Virus record (IMG/VR): IMGVR_UViG_3300028805_000045 | Strand: one strand, 5' to 3' | Source: a virus | Lineage: Duplodnaviria; Heunggongvirae; Uroviricota; Caudoviricetes | DNA length: 64,000 nucleotides | Shown: positions 1 to 10,692 of the stretch, piece after piece | How the letters are laid out: each line of letters opens with the position of its first letter | How positions within the stretch are numbered: the first letter of the stretch is position 1 | Notes under the pieces: generated by a model | The model's database searches: none | What the model saw: the letters and a program-made list of their open reading frames with translations, nothing else | What the model was told of the DNA's origin: nothing | Program-made: the position numbers and the translations under genes

Positions 1-446
1 ACGACATATTCTTTAAATTTAGATTGTGCTATTGCTTGAACTATATTTTTATTTCTTTGTTCTTCTAATACTTTTTTCTGTTGTTGTTCTCTTTTATATT
101 TTTTCATTCGCTCCACCATATCAGGAGTTACTAAAGTAATACTTTCACTATAAACTTTATATTTTTCTACATTATAAATGTAATCTAAACAGTCCGCGAT
201 TACTTCATCTGTATAGCCAAATTTATCTTGTATTCTTTGGCGTTCTTTCCAAATACGCGGACCTGGACTTTTCAATTTAAAAATTTCACATACCCTTTGT
301 GAGAAATAATCTCTTGATTGTCGTTCTTTTAAGCATTTCGGACAGTAATTATGTAATACTGTTGAATTTGGTGAAGAATATGAAACCAATTCTTCGCGTC
401 GAAATTCTTCTTTACAAGTATAGCATTTTAGTGTAGCTTTTGGCAA
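1..446 (-). CDS. Zn-ribbon protein (CxxC...CxxC), start probably TTG behind the SD AGGAAGTG; the 3' end runs past the window
   Basis: Open frame with no stops from about 446 down to position 1. Promoter cassette and SD lie upstream; no ATG present, so absent from the ATG-based ORF track. Confidence 0.45.
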   Translation of the reverse strand, partial: MPKATLKCYTCKEEFRREELVSYSSPNSTVLHNYCPKCLKERQSRDYFSQRVCEIFKLKSPGPRIWKERQRIQDKFGYTDEVIADCLDYIYNVEKYKVYSESITLVTPDMVERMKKYKREQQQKKVLEEQRNKNIVQAIAQSKFKEYV

Positions 447-464
447 TATTCTCACTTCCTACTT

Positions 465-506
465 TTATTCTAATAAAAGTATATCATAAATTTGACAAAA
501 AGTCAA
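465..506 (-). promoter_or_regulatory. Promoter cassette copy (TTGACT-N17-TATACT)
   Basis: Motif match; drives the gene at 1..446. Confidence 0.5.
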
Positions 507-509
507 TAA

Positions 510-535
510 AAAAGACCCCATATTAAGGGGTCTGC
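510..535 (-). terminator. Rho-independent terminator
   Basis: Minus-strand hairpin AGACCCC-TTAATAT-GGGGTCT followed by T6. Confidence 0.6.
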
Positions 536-1530
536 ATTAAGTCCTTCATTTCATCTACGAATAATTCTACCAAATCAGTTTGTGAAGGAACGGCTTGACT
601 TAATTTGAAATCTTCAGTTCCAAATACCTTTTTAATAATATCTCGCATAATATTTAGCCGCTGATCTTTTTCTTCATCAGTATTAGCTTTTTCTAAATAT
701 GTCATCCAAATAGTCTTTGCTTCTTCCATAACTTCTTGGAATGGACGAGATTTTACTTGCGCGAACTCGGTATTGTCAGTTACTTGTGCTCCATCTTTTT
801 CTACTGCCATATCAATAGCTTCACCTATTGCATCAACTAATTCTTTATATCCAAATTTAATTTTAGGAGCTAAATATTGATAACGAGAACCAGCAAATAC
901 TGTGGGAGTAGAACGTGTATATAAATACCTTTCCGTTGTACCGTCGTTATTCATTTGAACTTGAAGATAACCAATAATATCTACGATACTATTAATAATT
1001 GTATAAGCATTATTAGGTAAATCAGGAGCTACTGCGGTTATCGAATTTCCATCTTCGTCCTTCATTTCAGTTGGCTTGTCTTTACTATGAGCAATAAATA
1101 AAATACCAAATCCTAGCAAAGTAATTTCACGCCAACATTCAGAAAATTCATTTTTTACCATGCCCCAACCTTGTCCCCAGGGAATGTCTCGTAAATTATC
1201 TACGCTTTCACGCTGACAAATATATTGTTCACATAGCTGCCAAGCAATTGAAGCGGTATCTACAACGATACTATCATACATTTCTTTTGCTTGTGGCTTT
1301 CTTAATTGGCTAAGTACTTTCTTGAAATCTGTCCATCGTAAAATTGGAACACCGCGTATACCAGCCAATGCGTTTGTACCTTGTTCAAAGTTAAGGAATA
1401 ATGCTCTGGGTAACTAAGAACCAAAAGTAGATTTTCCAGTTTTTGGCTATCCATAAATTAGTAAAAATTTTCCTTTTAAATCTCTTGAAATTTTTGAAGG
1501 TTCAAGAGAAAATATATCAATGTTCGCCAT
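523..1530 (-). CDS. Sak4/RecA-like AAA ATPase (phage recombination ATPase) with 2 in-frame TAG codons
   Basis: Start MANIDIFSLEP at 1530. One in-frame TAG interrupts the Walker A segment (LLIYG-TAG-PKTGKSTFGS-TAG-LPRALF). Joins ORF 523..1368. Stop is TAA. Confidence 0.7.
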
Positions 1531-1558
1531 ATTTTACACCTCCTGGAAGTTGAGAATA

Positions 1559-2470
1559 TTATTCCCAACTATATTTACCAGGAGTAGTTGCGGCAGGAGC
1601 AGAAGCAGAAGCAGTTTTATTAGTGCTATTCTTCGCATCAAGTTGTAGCTGTTCAATCTTTGCCTTACGAACATTAAATGCTTTCTTAATTTCAGTAGGA
1701 TCATAAGCAAAATCTTCTTCCTTGCCCTGATCATCACCAGTAGTAATAATTAGTTCACGCACCATACGAGTCGTATCTTCTGGAACATCTTCACCCCAAC
1801 TACTGGTCATTTGTGGCTTAGTTTCAACAGAAGTTACACGAATACGTCCTTTTACCGTAACTGTATCATGAATTTCCCAATTACGTTCGATATATTCTAC
1901 CTTATCAGCACCTTCTACGACGAATTCAAGTACGTCTAGGTTTCCACCATATTGGACTAAACCGCCCTTTACAATTAGACGTCCGGTTGGATCTCCGTCG
2001 CGATCTACTTCGGGATGCTTGTCCATAATAAAAATGTCAAGGGTGAAAGAAGCGACATCCGCGGTAGAACCCTTACCAACGAAAGAAGCACGAACCTGCC
2101 AACCATTAATAAGTTGTCCGCTCTTGGAAACAAAGTTGTTTTCACTTAATACTGCGCCACTAAAACGAACAGTGTCAGCTTCATCAAAGCCAACATTCTG
2201 AGCAGTCTTTAAAGCCTTTAAATCTTGAATACTTTTATAAGCAGGATTCTGAGTTCCTTTTGTAGTAAATTCAGTTGCGAACATACTAACCTGAACTTCG
2301 CTTACCTCTGGAACGGTACTGCCGCCATACATCTAAGTTACACGAACAGTAGCAGTTGCTCTTTCATATGGAGTGCCGCTAGTCTTAGTCTTTCCGGTGG
2401 CAAAAGTTGTGTCTAATAGTTTTCCAACAATATTTACTTTATTTGTAGCTTGTTCATTAATACTTTTCAT
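1559..2470 (-). CDS. Hypothetical protein, possible ssDNA-binding (OB-fold) partner of the Sak4 ATPase; 1 in-frame TAG
   Basis: ATG at 2470 (MKSINEQATNKV...) reads through the TAG at 2333-2335 into ORF 1559..2332. Sits downstream of a perfect TTGACA-N17-TATAAT promoter. Confidence 0.5.
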
Positions 2471-2481
2471 ATATATTCTTT

Positions 2482-2531
2482 CTCCTATATTTTTTTCTTT
2501 TATTATACTTTAATTTCTTTATTATGTCAAA
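2482..2531 (-). promoter_or_regulatory. Promoter cassette copy (TTGACA-N17-TATAAT, perfect sigma-70 consensus)
   Basis: Minus-strand TTGACATAATAAAGAAATTAAAGTATAAT. Confidence 0.6.
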
Positions 2532-2537
2532 TTATAA

Positions 2538-2572
2538 AAGGGCGATCCCATTTGAGGGACCGCCCTCGATAA
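2538..2572 (-). terminator. Rho-independent terminator
   Basis: Minus-strand hairpin AGGGCGGTCCC...GGGATCGCCCT followed by TTTT. Confidence 0.5.
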
Positions 2573-2576
2573 TTTA

Positions 2577-2936
2577 TTAGGCGTTTTCCTTTGCGGCCTT
2601 AGCAGCAGCACGTTCTGCGGCCTTACGAGCCTTTTCTGCTTCCTTAGCAGCAAGCTTTTCAGCAGCTTCAGCAACGGGATCATAAGCTAGTCCCTTCTCA
2701 GTTAGGGTATGATATAGAACCTTCTTAATCTGAGCCTTACGAGTTTCAGTCGCAGGAGTTACAGTTACTTCCTCGGTACGAGTTGTAATTGCATATTCAT
2801 TCTTAATTAGGCCATTTAAACTACCAGTAACAGCGGGAACAGAAATATTTAGCGCATCCGCGATTTCCTACTTAGAAAATTCCTTACCATAATTCTTTTT
2901 TAGATAATTTAAAACTAATTCACTATTGGGGGTCAT
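2577..2936 (-). CDS. Small HTH (winged-helix-like) DNA-binding protein with an Ala/Lys-rich histone-like C-terminal tail; 1 in-frame TAG
   Basis: Manual translation MTPNSELVLNYLKKNYGKEFSK-TAG-EIADALNISVPAVTGSLNGL...AAKAAKENA, ending in TAA. Missed by the ORF track because of the internal TAG. Confidence 0.5.
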
Positions 2937-3257
2937 AATAATCAATCTCCTTTTTCTTTTAAAAATATTTTATTTATATTAAAGTAGTGCGTTATATTTA
3001 TTAATTTTATTTATTAGTATTTTCTTTTCGCCCCACTTTATATACTTATTATACCAAAATTTTATTCAATTGTCAAATACTTATAATTTATTTTCTCTTA
3101 AAATGAGAACTCTGAGGAGAGATTTTCTTTTTCTCTCTTTCTGTAAATATTATATCATGAATTTTTATAAAAGTCAATTATTAGTTTCTTCAATTTTAAA
3201 TAAATTTTCAACTAATAATTTGGCTTCTTCGTCAGTTTTTGTTTCATCAATAATACG

Positions 3258-3584
3258 CTATAATTTAGGAATAACATCAATTCTATAGCCTTGTACTGCT
3301 TTTTGTTCTCCCTTAATTCTATCTTCGATATTTTGAACAGCAATCATTGTACCGACTAATAATTTAGCCCAGTCATTGCGACTTAATGAAGTAAGTTCAA
3401 AATTTTCTTCTCTAATTCGATCATATAGATTAGCATAATCATCTCTCATGATTGATGCTGTTTTTTCTCCATTTTCGTCATGTTTTTCATGATTTAATTC
3501 AATTACGCGTTCTGCTAAAAGTTCATTTGTATGCGCAATCTCTTTAAATAATTTTTCATATCCAGTATTCATATTTATCCTCAC
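3258..3584 (-). CDS. Hypothetical protein
   Basis: 108-aa ORF whose start overlaps the topoisomerase subunit A stop (ATGA). Confidence 0.5.
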   Translation of the reverse strand: MRINMNTGYEKLFKEIAHTNELLAERVIELNHEKHDENGEKTASIMRDDYANLYDRIREENFELTSLSRNDWAKLLVGTMIAVQNIEDRIKGEQKAVQGYRIDVIPKL

Positions 3585-5959
3585 ATAATTTCAATTGTAG
3601 TATTTGAATCACGAGCATCTATAATACGTACTCCGGCAGTTACTCTATTTTGAACGGGAATATCCGCTGTTTCTAGCAAAACTGCTTTATTATTAGCTGA
3701 TACAAAAATATGTTCTTGAGTAATAGGAACCGCATAAACAACAGCAAGATTTTCATCTTTTAGAGCCATAACTTGCGGTCCTTTAACTGCGCGAGAGGTT
3801 TCATTAAAATCTTCAATAGCAGTAATTTTTCCGCGGCCAGAAGAAGTAATAGTTAAAATACCTTTATATTCTATATTAGTTTTAATTAAAGTGGCAGATT
3901 GAATTTTTTCTTCGTTCATAAGTTTAATAGCTTTTACGCCACGAGTAGCTCTACCAGTTTCAGATAATTCTTCTAATTTATAAAAATTATAATTACCGGA
4001 GGAACTAGCAATAAAAATTCTATCTTCATTATCCATTGATAGATAAACGCCAATTAAGGTATCATTTTCTTCAAGTTTTACTGCGGCAACGCCCTTGCGC
4101 GCGCGAGAACCATATTCTTTAATAAGTGACTTTTTAATATAACCGTTTTTGCTTACAGTTACTAAATACTTATAGGCACTAAATGTAGTTGAATCAATTA
4201 ATAAAATAACTCTTTCATTATCTTGTGGCATAATTAATTCATAAATAGAATAATCTTTTCCATATTCTAAATCACTTAGAGAAAAATTATACATTCTTCC
4301 TTTATTTGTAAAGGCAGATACAGTGCCTAAATTAGTAGTATATAAAGTATTAATTAAATTAGCATTTTTCGGAGGCTTAATATTAACTCCTTTTCGTCCT
4401 CGCTTTGCTCCTTGTAAATCTTCTTTTTTAATTAAACGAATTACATTATTATCGAATAACATAATTCCTAATTCTTCTTCTTGAATTTCTTGAGCTTCTT
4501 CTTCAGAAGGTTCAGCAATATTCATAATTTTTGTTCTACGCGTATCCCCATATTTATTAGCAACTTCTTGTAAAATTTTAATTAGTTCATTATCCAAAGC
4601 CGTACTATCATTTAATAAGTGACGATACTCTTCAATTTTTCTATTAAGTTCTTCCCGTTCGTCATTTAATTTAATAGCGTCAATTTTAGTTAATGAGGCA
4701 AGTTTCATAGCTAAAATTGCTTTAGTTTGCTCTTCATTAAAGCCAAATCGACTAATTAATTTTTGAGAAGCTTCAGAAGGGTTTTGAGAACCACGAATAA
4801 TTGCTACAACTTCATCAATAGAAGCTGCCGCCATTATAAGCCCTTCGACTACATTTAATCGCGCGAGAGCTTTATCTAAATCAAATTTAATAATGTTACG
4901 TTCACAAGAACGAATATGATTAATATAAGCATCACACGCTTCACGCCAGCCAAATACTTTTGGAAAACGGCCTTGATCCAACAAAATCATATTTACTGAA
5001 TACCAATTCTCTAATGAAGTATCTTTATAGAGTTTGGTAATCATTTTCTTTGGATTAGCTCCCTTAGAAAGATAAATACGAATATCTGCAATTTTCTTTG
5101 TATGGTCAGTTACTTTTTCAATACCATATGAAGGGTTTTCTTCCGTCAAAGCCGCTAATTGGTCGATAACAGTATTTGTAAAAACACCATAAGGTAATTC
5201 AGTTGCCTGAATCATATTCTGATCTGGATAATAGGTTAATTTCGCTTGCAGGCGAATTGATTCACCTTTTCCATAACGAAGACTTTCTTTTACTGCTTTT
5301 GCGTTTGTAATTGTGCCGCCACAAGCAAAATCAGGAGCACAATAAATATCATTGAAATCTACTGCTGGATTTTGAATAATTTTTATAAGTGCTTCATTTA
5401 CTTCTTTTAAATTAAATTGAGGAACAGAAGTAGCCATTGCTACTGCAATACCTGAACAACCATTTACAATGTTCCAAAATCCAATTGATGGAAATACAGA
5501 AGGAATAAGTTCTGTATCGTCGTAGTTTGAATACCATTGCTCTCCAATAGCATTTTTCTTTAGTCCAGTAAAGAAAAAATCTGCTATTTCACCTGCACGC
5601 ATTTCTACATAACGAGGCGCCGCATGGCTATCAGGAGAAGAAGGATTACCAAAACTACCCTGAACATCTTCTACTGGATAACGATAAGACCAGGGACGAG
5701 CGGCACGAATAAATGTATCGTACATTGCTACATCGCCATGAACATATGATTGCGCCATTGCTGCGGCGACGGATTTCTGTGCCTTCTGCATCTTATCTTT
5801 ATGGGTTAATTTATTAGTGAATTGAGCATACAGTCCTTGACGCAAGCCGATTTTGAGCATATCCCGAACATCGGGAATGGCACGTTCCTGCGCCACAGAT
5901 GCTCCATAGGTCAAGAAAGCATTTTCAATTTGTTTTTGAAAGTCGGTTTCGTAAATCAA
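3581..5959 (-). CDS. Type II DNA topoisomerase subunit A (GyrA/ParC/T4 gp52-like)
   Basis: 792 aa. Carries the GyrA N-terminal signature HGDVAMYDT...RYPVEDVQGSFGN...AAPRYVEMR, including the catalytic Tyr region. Confidence 0.85.
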   Translation of the reverse strand: MIYETDFQKQIENAFLTYGASVAQERAIPDVRDMLKIGLRQGLYAQFTNKLTHKDKMQKAQKSVAAAMAQSYVHGDVAMYDTFIRAARPWSYRYPVEDVQGSFGNPSSPDSHAAPRYVEMRAGEIADFFFTGLKKNAIGEQWYSNYDDTELIPSVFPSIGFWNIVNGCSGIAVAMATSVPQFNLKEVNEALIKIIQNPAVDFNDIYCAPDFACGGTITNAKAVKESLRYGKGESIRLQAKLTYYPDQNMIQATELPYGVFTNTVIDQLAALTEENPSYGIEKVTDHTKKIADIRIYLSKGANPKKMITKLYKDTSLENWYSVNMILLDQGRFPKVFGWREACDAYINHIRSCERNIIKFDLDKALARLNVVEGLIMAAASIDEVVAIIRGSQNPSEASQKLISRFGFNEEQTKAILAMKLASLTKIDAIKLNDEREELNRKIEEYRHLLNDSTALDNELIKILQEVANKYGDTRRTKIMNIAEPSEEEAQEIQEEELGIMLFDNNVIRLIKKEDLQGAKRGRKGVNIKPPKNANLINTLYTTNLGTVSAFTNKGRMYNFSLSDLEYGKDYSIYELIMPQDNERVILLIDSTTFSAYKYLVTVSKNGYIKKSLIKEYGSRARKGVAAVKLEENDTLIGVYLSMDNEDRIFIASSSGNYNFYKLEELSETGRATRGVKAIKLMNEEKIQSATLIKTNIEYKGILTITSSGRGKITAIEDFNETSRAVKGPQVMALKDENLAVVYAVPITQEHIFVSANNKAVLLETADIPVQNRVTAGVRIIDARDSNTTIEIM

Positions 5960-6011
5960 ATTGTTTTCACTTCCTTTTCTTATTTATTGTTAAATATATT
6001 ATTTAAGATTC

Positions 6012-6203
6012 TTAACTGTTTATTTCATTATAAAGTTCTGCTTGTTCTTTTGCCCATTCTTCATAAGGGATCTTTGCTTTTAATAAAGCAATTTCAAGAG
6101 CATATTCTTCATCTAAATAACATCCTTCTCTATTTATAGTTGATAGTCCATCATATGTACAATAAGTAGATTTATTATTTGAACAATTTTTACAATACAT
6201 CAT
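6012..6203 (-). CDS. Small Zn-ribbon protein
   Basis: 63 aa with CKNC...CTY...C motifs; lies downstream of a promoter cassette. Confidence 0.4.
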   Translation of the reverse strand: MMYCKNCSNNKSTYCTYDGLSTINREGCYLDEEYALEIALLKAKIPYEEWAKEQAELYNEINS

Positions 6204-6217
6204 TTTAGTTTTTATCC

Positions 6218-6262
6218 TTTTCTTATTTATTATATTATAACATAAATTTATGTAAAAGTCAA
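6218..6262 (-). promoter_or_regulatory. Promoter cassette copy
   Basis: TTGACT...TATAAT plus the ATATGTAAGAA-type leader. Confidence 0.5.
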
Positions 6263-7200
6263 TTAATTAACCATTTATCAGACATAATATCTTCTAAGCA
6301 TAATTTCTTTAATTGCGTATAAGGGATACGTTTTAATGGGATATTATGTTCTATTGCATAATTTGTTTTTATATCATCACATAATTTAGTATATTCAAAA
6401 TCATTTTTCCAACCAGGATTAAAATGCTGTTTCCCATCATATTCTAACAAAAATTCATTATTTATATAAAAATCATATCGTAAAACCCAATTTTTAGGAG
6501 ATTTACAATCTAAATATTTATGTTGAAATATAAAAGGAATATTGTTTTCATTTAAAATTTTTTTAATCAACTCTTCTCCTTTTGAAGAGGAAAAACAGCC
6601 ACATGAAATTGTGTCTCCTTGTAATAGACATTCAGAAGTTACTGTACATTTATTACCACAATCACATTGACAAAGCCATAAACGCTTACCATGTTTATTA
6701 GAACCAATATGCTCTAATGCAATTAATTTTCCAAATCGTTGGCCCGTTAAATCTTTTCCATTAATCATAGCTGCTTTTTCTTTTTGTAAACATCCACAAC
6801 TTTGTACATGCCCAGATTTTAATTGAAATGATGTAGCATATGCAATTTGTCCGCAATCACATAAACATTTCCATAGAATTTTTTTATCACTATTTCTACT
6901 TCCATCATCTTCTAATACAAGTAAACGATTAAATTTTTGTCCTTCTAAATGGGTATGATTATTCTTTTTTAATTGTGATAATTTATAACAACCACAAGAA
7001 ATTGTGTGTCCTTGACGAATAGATAATCCACTGACACTAAAAATTTTTCCACAATCACATTGACATTTCCAATATGCATGAGGAGCTGTAATGTGATGTA
7101 TTTTTTTATATTCTTTATCTTCTTCTATCACTGTTATATGGCTTTCTGGAACACCATGTTCTTTCATAACCCAACCAGTCATATCTATTTTTTTACCCAT
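6259..7200 (-). CDS. Multi-Zn-finger nuclease-like protein (homing-endonuclease-like, possible PD-(D/E)XK C-terminal domain)
   Basis: 313 aa with three CQCDCG...SCGC zinc-finger repeats. The C-terminal RYDFYI...LLEYDGKQH resembles Vsr/DUF559-type nuclease cores. Sits between the two topoisomerase subunit genes. Confidence 0.45.
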   Translation of the reverse strand: MGKKIDMTGWVMKEHGVPESHITVIEEDKEYKKIHHITAPHAYWKCQCDCGKIFSVSGLSIRQGHTISCGCYKLSQLKKNNHTHLEGQKFNRLLVLEDDGSRNSDKKILWKCLCDCGQIAYATSFQLKSGHVQSCGCLQKEKAAMINGKDLTGQRFGKLIALEHIGSNKHGKRLWLCQCDCGNKCTVTSECLLQGDTISCGCFSSSKGEELIKKILNENNIPFIFQHKYLDCKSPKNWVLRYDFYINNEFLLEYDGKQHFNPGWKNDFEYTKLCDDIKTNYAIEHNIPLKRIPYTQLKKLCLEDIMSDKWLIN

Positions 7201-7207
7201 AGTAACC

Positions 7208-7504
7208 TCAACTATTTAAAATACTAAAATTAATATTTCTCATATTGAAAAATTGATTATTTACTTTTCCAAGAGGCCAATAAATCCAGTCATCTTTCTT
7301 TTTATAAAATCCATGAACATAATTAGACTGATCTATAATTATATATAACTGTTGTTCTGGAAAACAATAATATTCTTTTATCTTATCTCCACAGGCAGTT
7401 TTATCATATAAATCTAAAATTTCTAAGATGTAGTTTGGATTATTTTTATTTTTATTAAGAAAAAATGAATATTCATCTAAATCAAACATTTTTATTTCAT
7501 CCAT
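7208..7504 (-). CDS. Hypothetical protein
   Basis: 98-aa ORF. Confidence 0.4.
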   Translation of the reverse strand: MDEIKMFDLDEYSFFLNKNKNNPNYILEILDLYDKTACGDKIKEYYCFPEQQLYIIIDQSNYVHGFYKKKDDWIYWPLGKVNNQFFNMRNINFSILNS

Positions 7505-9368
7505 TCAAAATACTAAAATCCACATTCTTAAATAAGAACTCACGACGGGGTTCAACATCTTCACCCATTAACATTTTAAGGCTTTCAGCTGCGGCTTCCA
7601 TATCTTTAATAGTAAGTACTTCAAGATGACGTTCAGTAGGATGAAGCATTGAATTTTCCATATCTTCCGCTGTCATTTCACCCAAGCCTTTTTGGCGCCC
7701 TTGCTCCCAATTAGGATATTTTTTACGAAGTTCAGCGAGTTCATTATCATCATAAGCAAATACCCGTTTGTCTCCTTTTGTTAAACGATATAGAGGAGCG
7801 CGTAGCCAACATAGTCTTCCTTCTTTAATAAAGTCTGGCATAAGTACATAAAACATTGTAGCAATTAAGCACATAATGTTATAGCCATCCACGTCAGCAT
7901 CAACTGCAATAGCAACTTTACCATAATTCAATTTCTTGCTGTTATAACGATTCTGAATACCACATCCAAGAGCAAGAATAATATCTGATACTTCCTGATT
8001 TTCAAGACATTCATCAAGTGGATGCTTTAATAGATTTTTAACTTTGCCACGTACAGCATAAAGGGCTTCTGTATTTACATTGCGTGCAGGCATTAGACCG
8101 CCAAGAGCTGAATTACCTTCACAAATAATTAACATTGAATCTTGTCCGTGTTTTTCGCAATCCTTAAACTTATCAGAGGAAGTAATTTTTTGCTTCTTAT
8201 GTTCTATTTCTTTTTTCTCAAAATTAAGAACACCTTGACGTGCTTTCTCGGCTGCAGCTTCAGCTTTCTTATCGCGCGTAAGTAAAGCAATAATTTTATC
8301 AAAATCTTCTCTATTTTTTACAATCCAGTCTTTAATTGCTTCAGTAAAAACAGTTTGAGTATATCCACGAAGCTCTTGATTTTGAATTTTATCTTTTACC
8401 TGATTTTGATATATTGGATGTGGATGTTTAATATTGATAATAGTTACTAACCCTTTACGAATCATATCACTATCAAATGATTCTTTAGACTGGTCATTAA
8501 TAGTGCGCGTAAAAGCAGTTTTCATACCGGTAATTGGAGTACCACCACCGCTATTTAACGCACCATTAGAAAATACATAACTCTTTTCTTTCCCCGCAGT
8601 CCATTGTGCAAAAACTTCAATATCAACATTATCTTCAAAATGTTTACTAGCATAAATATAATTTTTATGTAATGGATTTGAAATTTTCGCTGCGGCAAAA
8701 TCTTTTAAACCATTTTTTGATAAATAAGTAAAACGTTCATCATTACTACCATCAATTAGCATAAAACTAACATTAGGAATAAAATAACTAGTTAACTCTA
8801 ATTCATCTTTTATTCTATTTATATCAAAAGCAGGCGTGGCATCATCAATATGAAAAATATTTTTATCAGGCTTAAAATATATTGTAGTTCCAGTTTCTTT
8901 TGTTTTTCTTACTTGCTTAGCCACTGGATTTTGTGGAATACCGTCTATAAATGTAAGTTCCCATTCTGCTCCATCACGTCGTGTCCATACTGTAAATTGC
9001 TCTGAACAGACGCATACAGTGGAAGCACCAACACCGTGCATACCACGAACACGCGAATAATTTTTAGTATCAAATTTTCCAGAGCTGTGGGCAGAGGTAT
9101 ATAGCTCAATTAGAACTTCTTCGCAATCCTTATTGGGACCATGAGGAACGCCAGCACCTTCGTCAGAAATTGTAATTTCATTGGGCATTACAAGTACTTC
9201 AATTTTATTACCGCGTCCCATAATAGCTTCATCACAGGAATTATTTAAAATTTCAAGAAAACAATTAAAAACCGCATCTTGCCCGTCTGCGCCAATGTAC
9301 ATTCCCGGCGTTGTTCTGGCCGCAGTTCTAAAGTCTCTTATTTGAATTGAATTAGCATCATAAGCCAC
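7497..9368 (-). CDS. Type II DNA topoisomerase subunit B (GyrB/T4 gp39-like ATPase plus Toprim)
   Basis: 623 aa. Has the GHKL ATPase motif EILNNSCDEA, a GKFD motif and the Toprim motif ICEGNSALGG. Confidence 0.85.
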   Translation of the reverse strand: MAYDANSIQIRDFRTAARTTPGMYIGADGQDAVFNCFLEILNNSCDEAIMGRGNKIEVLVMPNEITISDEGAGVPHGPNKDCEEVLIELYTSAHSSGKFDTKNYSRVRGMHGVGASTVCVCSEQFTVWTRRDGAEWELTFIDGIPQNPVAKQVRKTKETGTTIYFKPDKNIFHIDDATPAFDINRIKDELELTSYFIPNVSFMLIDGSNDERFTYLSKNGLKDFAAAKISNPLHKNYIYASKHFEDNVDIEVFAQWTAGKEKSYVFSNGALNSGGGTPITGMKTAFTRTINDQSKESFDSDMIRKGLVTIINIKHPHPIYQNQVKDKIQNQELRGYTQTVFTEAIKDWIVKNREDFDKIIALLTRDKKAEAAAEKARQGVLNFEKKEIEHKKQKITSSDKFKDCEKHGQDSMLIICEGNSALGGLMPARNVNTEALYAVRGKVKNLLKHPLDECLENQEVSDIILALGCGIQNRYNSKKLNYGKVAIAVDADVDGYNIMCLIATMFYVLMPDFIKEGRLCWLRAPLYRLTKGDKRVFAYDDNELAELRKKYPNWEQGRQKGLGEMTAEDMENSMLHPTERHLEVLTIKDMEAAAESLKMLMGEDVEPRREFLFKNVDFSILNG

Positions 9369-9387
9369 TATATCAATCCTCCTTTTC

Positions 9388-9426
9388 TTTACATTTAATT
9401 ATAACATAAATTAAGAAAAAAGTCAA
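9388..9426 (-). promoter_or_regulatory. Promoter cassette copy upstream of the topoisomerase B gene
   Basis: TTGACT-N17-TATAAT. Confidence 0.55.
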
Positions 9427-9433
9427 CTTTTAA

Positions 9434-9970
9434 TTAGTTGACTTCTAATTCTTCAAATATTAAATCTTTTGGCAAAAAGTTTCTACAAAGATAAAAACTT
9501 CCAAAGCTTACCCCTTTTTGAATTTCTTTTTTTTCTACATCTGTATAATAATTAATACGTTTATCAAAGATAAGAGCTTGGCAATCTTTCATAAAAGGAA
9601 AACGTTTTTGTCCTTGTAAAGAAGGAATTGGAAGTAATAAGGCATAAGGTTTATTTAATTCATATAATCGTTTAATAATATCATCTTTAATAGAAAATGG
9701 TGGATTAGAAATAATTACATCATAATATTCTTGTGGTTCATATTCAAAAAAATTATGATTCTCTTCATCATCAATATGCGAATAAATTACTTTATTTCCA
9801 TTTTCTTGTATTAATTTTACGTATTCGCTATCCTTTTTATCAAAAGGACACCATACAATATCAGTCTATTTAATATATTTTAAAATTGGTTTAACTGCAT
9901 AAGCAGGAGTATATACTTCATCTGAAGCTTTATCTGTCTTTGCGGTTAAATATCCTTTATTTAGTGCCAT
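9434..9970 (-). CDS. N6-adenine (Dam-like) DNA methyltransferase with 1 in-frame TAG
   Basis: Manual translation MALNKGYLTAK...KYIK-TAG-TDIVWCPFD...IISNPPFS..., including the NPPF catalytic motif IV. Stop is TAA at 9434. Absent from the ORF track because of the TAG at about 9866. Confidence 0.6.
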
Positions 9971-9975
9971 TATTA

Positions 9976-10638
9976 TTACCTCGCATATTTTAATAATTCT
10001 TTTAAACCATATTTTGTTAAATAAATTGCATAACTTTGATCTGATACATATCTGTTATATTTCTTAGAAAATATCTTTCCGGTTCCGTGTCCAGCGCCCT
10101 TAGTTCGAAATTGTATATAATGTTTTCTTCCATCAGTAGTTGCAATATTTTTTCCATTATTACAATTAATTTTTATTTGAGAAATCGCAAATTGATAATC
10201 TTTATCTAATTGTTCATACCATTTTTTATATCTTGGATTATTTCTATTAATATGTATTGGAGGAAGCGTTTTCCAATTTTTTGGATCAATCGAGGATTTA
10301 TCACAAGGAAGATAAATCCAATTTTCAATTTTTTTCATTGGATAAGTTTGAGTTAAATCAATCGCGTCCATTAAAGAATCAAAAATTTCTGCGATCATAC
10401 AAATTGCCATAGTTTCGTCAGGAGTTCCATCAGATTTAACTTTATTAGTTTTTAATTCTCCGTCAGAAAAATCTAAATGGGCAGAAGATAAATTTAATTT
10501 AAGTACAATAGTTTCTATTAATTGTCCAGTTTTGCCTTTATTTTTAATAATATCTGATAAGTCTTGACCTTCAAAAATTTCAGAAAAAGGCTTATTAGGA
10601 ATTTGATTAATAATATTGTATCCTTCTTGTAAAGTCAT
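9976..10638 (-). CDS. Hypothetical protein immediately upstream of the methyltransferase (possible MutH/Sau3AI-type nuclease; weak)
   Basis: 220 aa. Contains a D...ELK segment (DFSDGELKTNK). Separated from the MTase by only a 6-nt gap. Confidence 0.45.
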   Translation of the reverse strand: MTLQEGYNIINQIPNKPFSEIFEGQDLSDIIKNKGKTGQLIETIVLKLNLSSAHLDFSDGELKTNKVKSDGTPDETMAICMIAEIFDSLMDAIDLTQTYPMKKIENWIYLPCDKSSIDPKNWKTLPPIHINRNNPRYKKWYEQLDKDYQFAISQIKINCNNGKNIATTDGRKHYIQFRTKGAGHGTGKIFSKKYNRYVSDQSYAIYLTKYGLKELLKYAR

Positions 10639-10692
10639 AATATCATCCTTTCTTTTTATAATAAATTATAATGTAATTTTAAAAATAATTAT

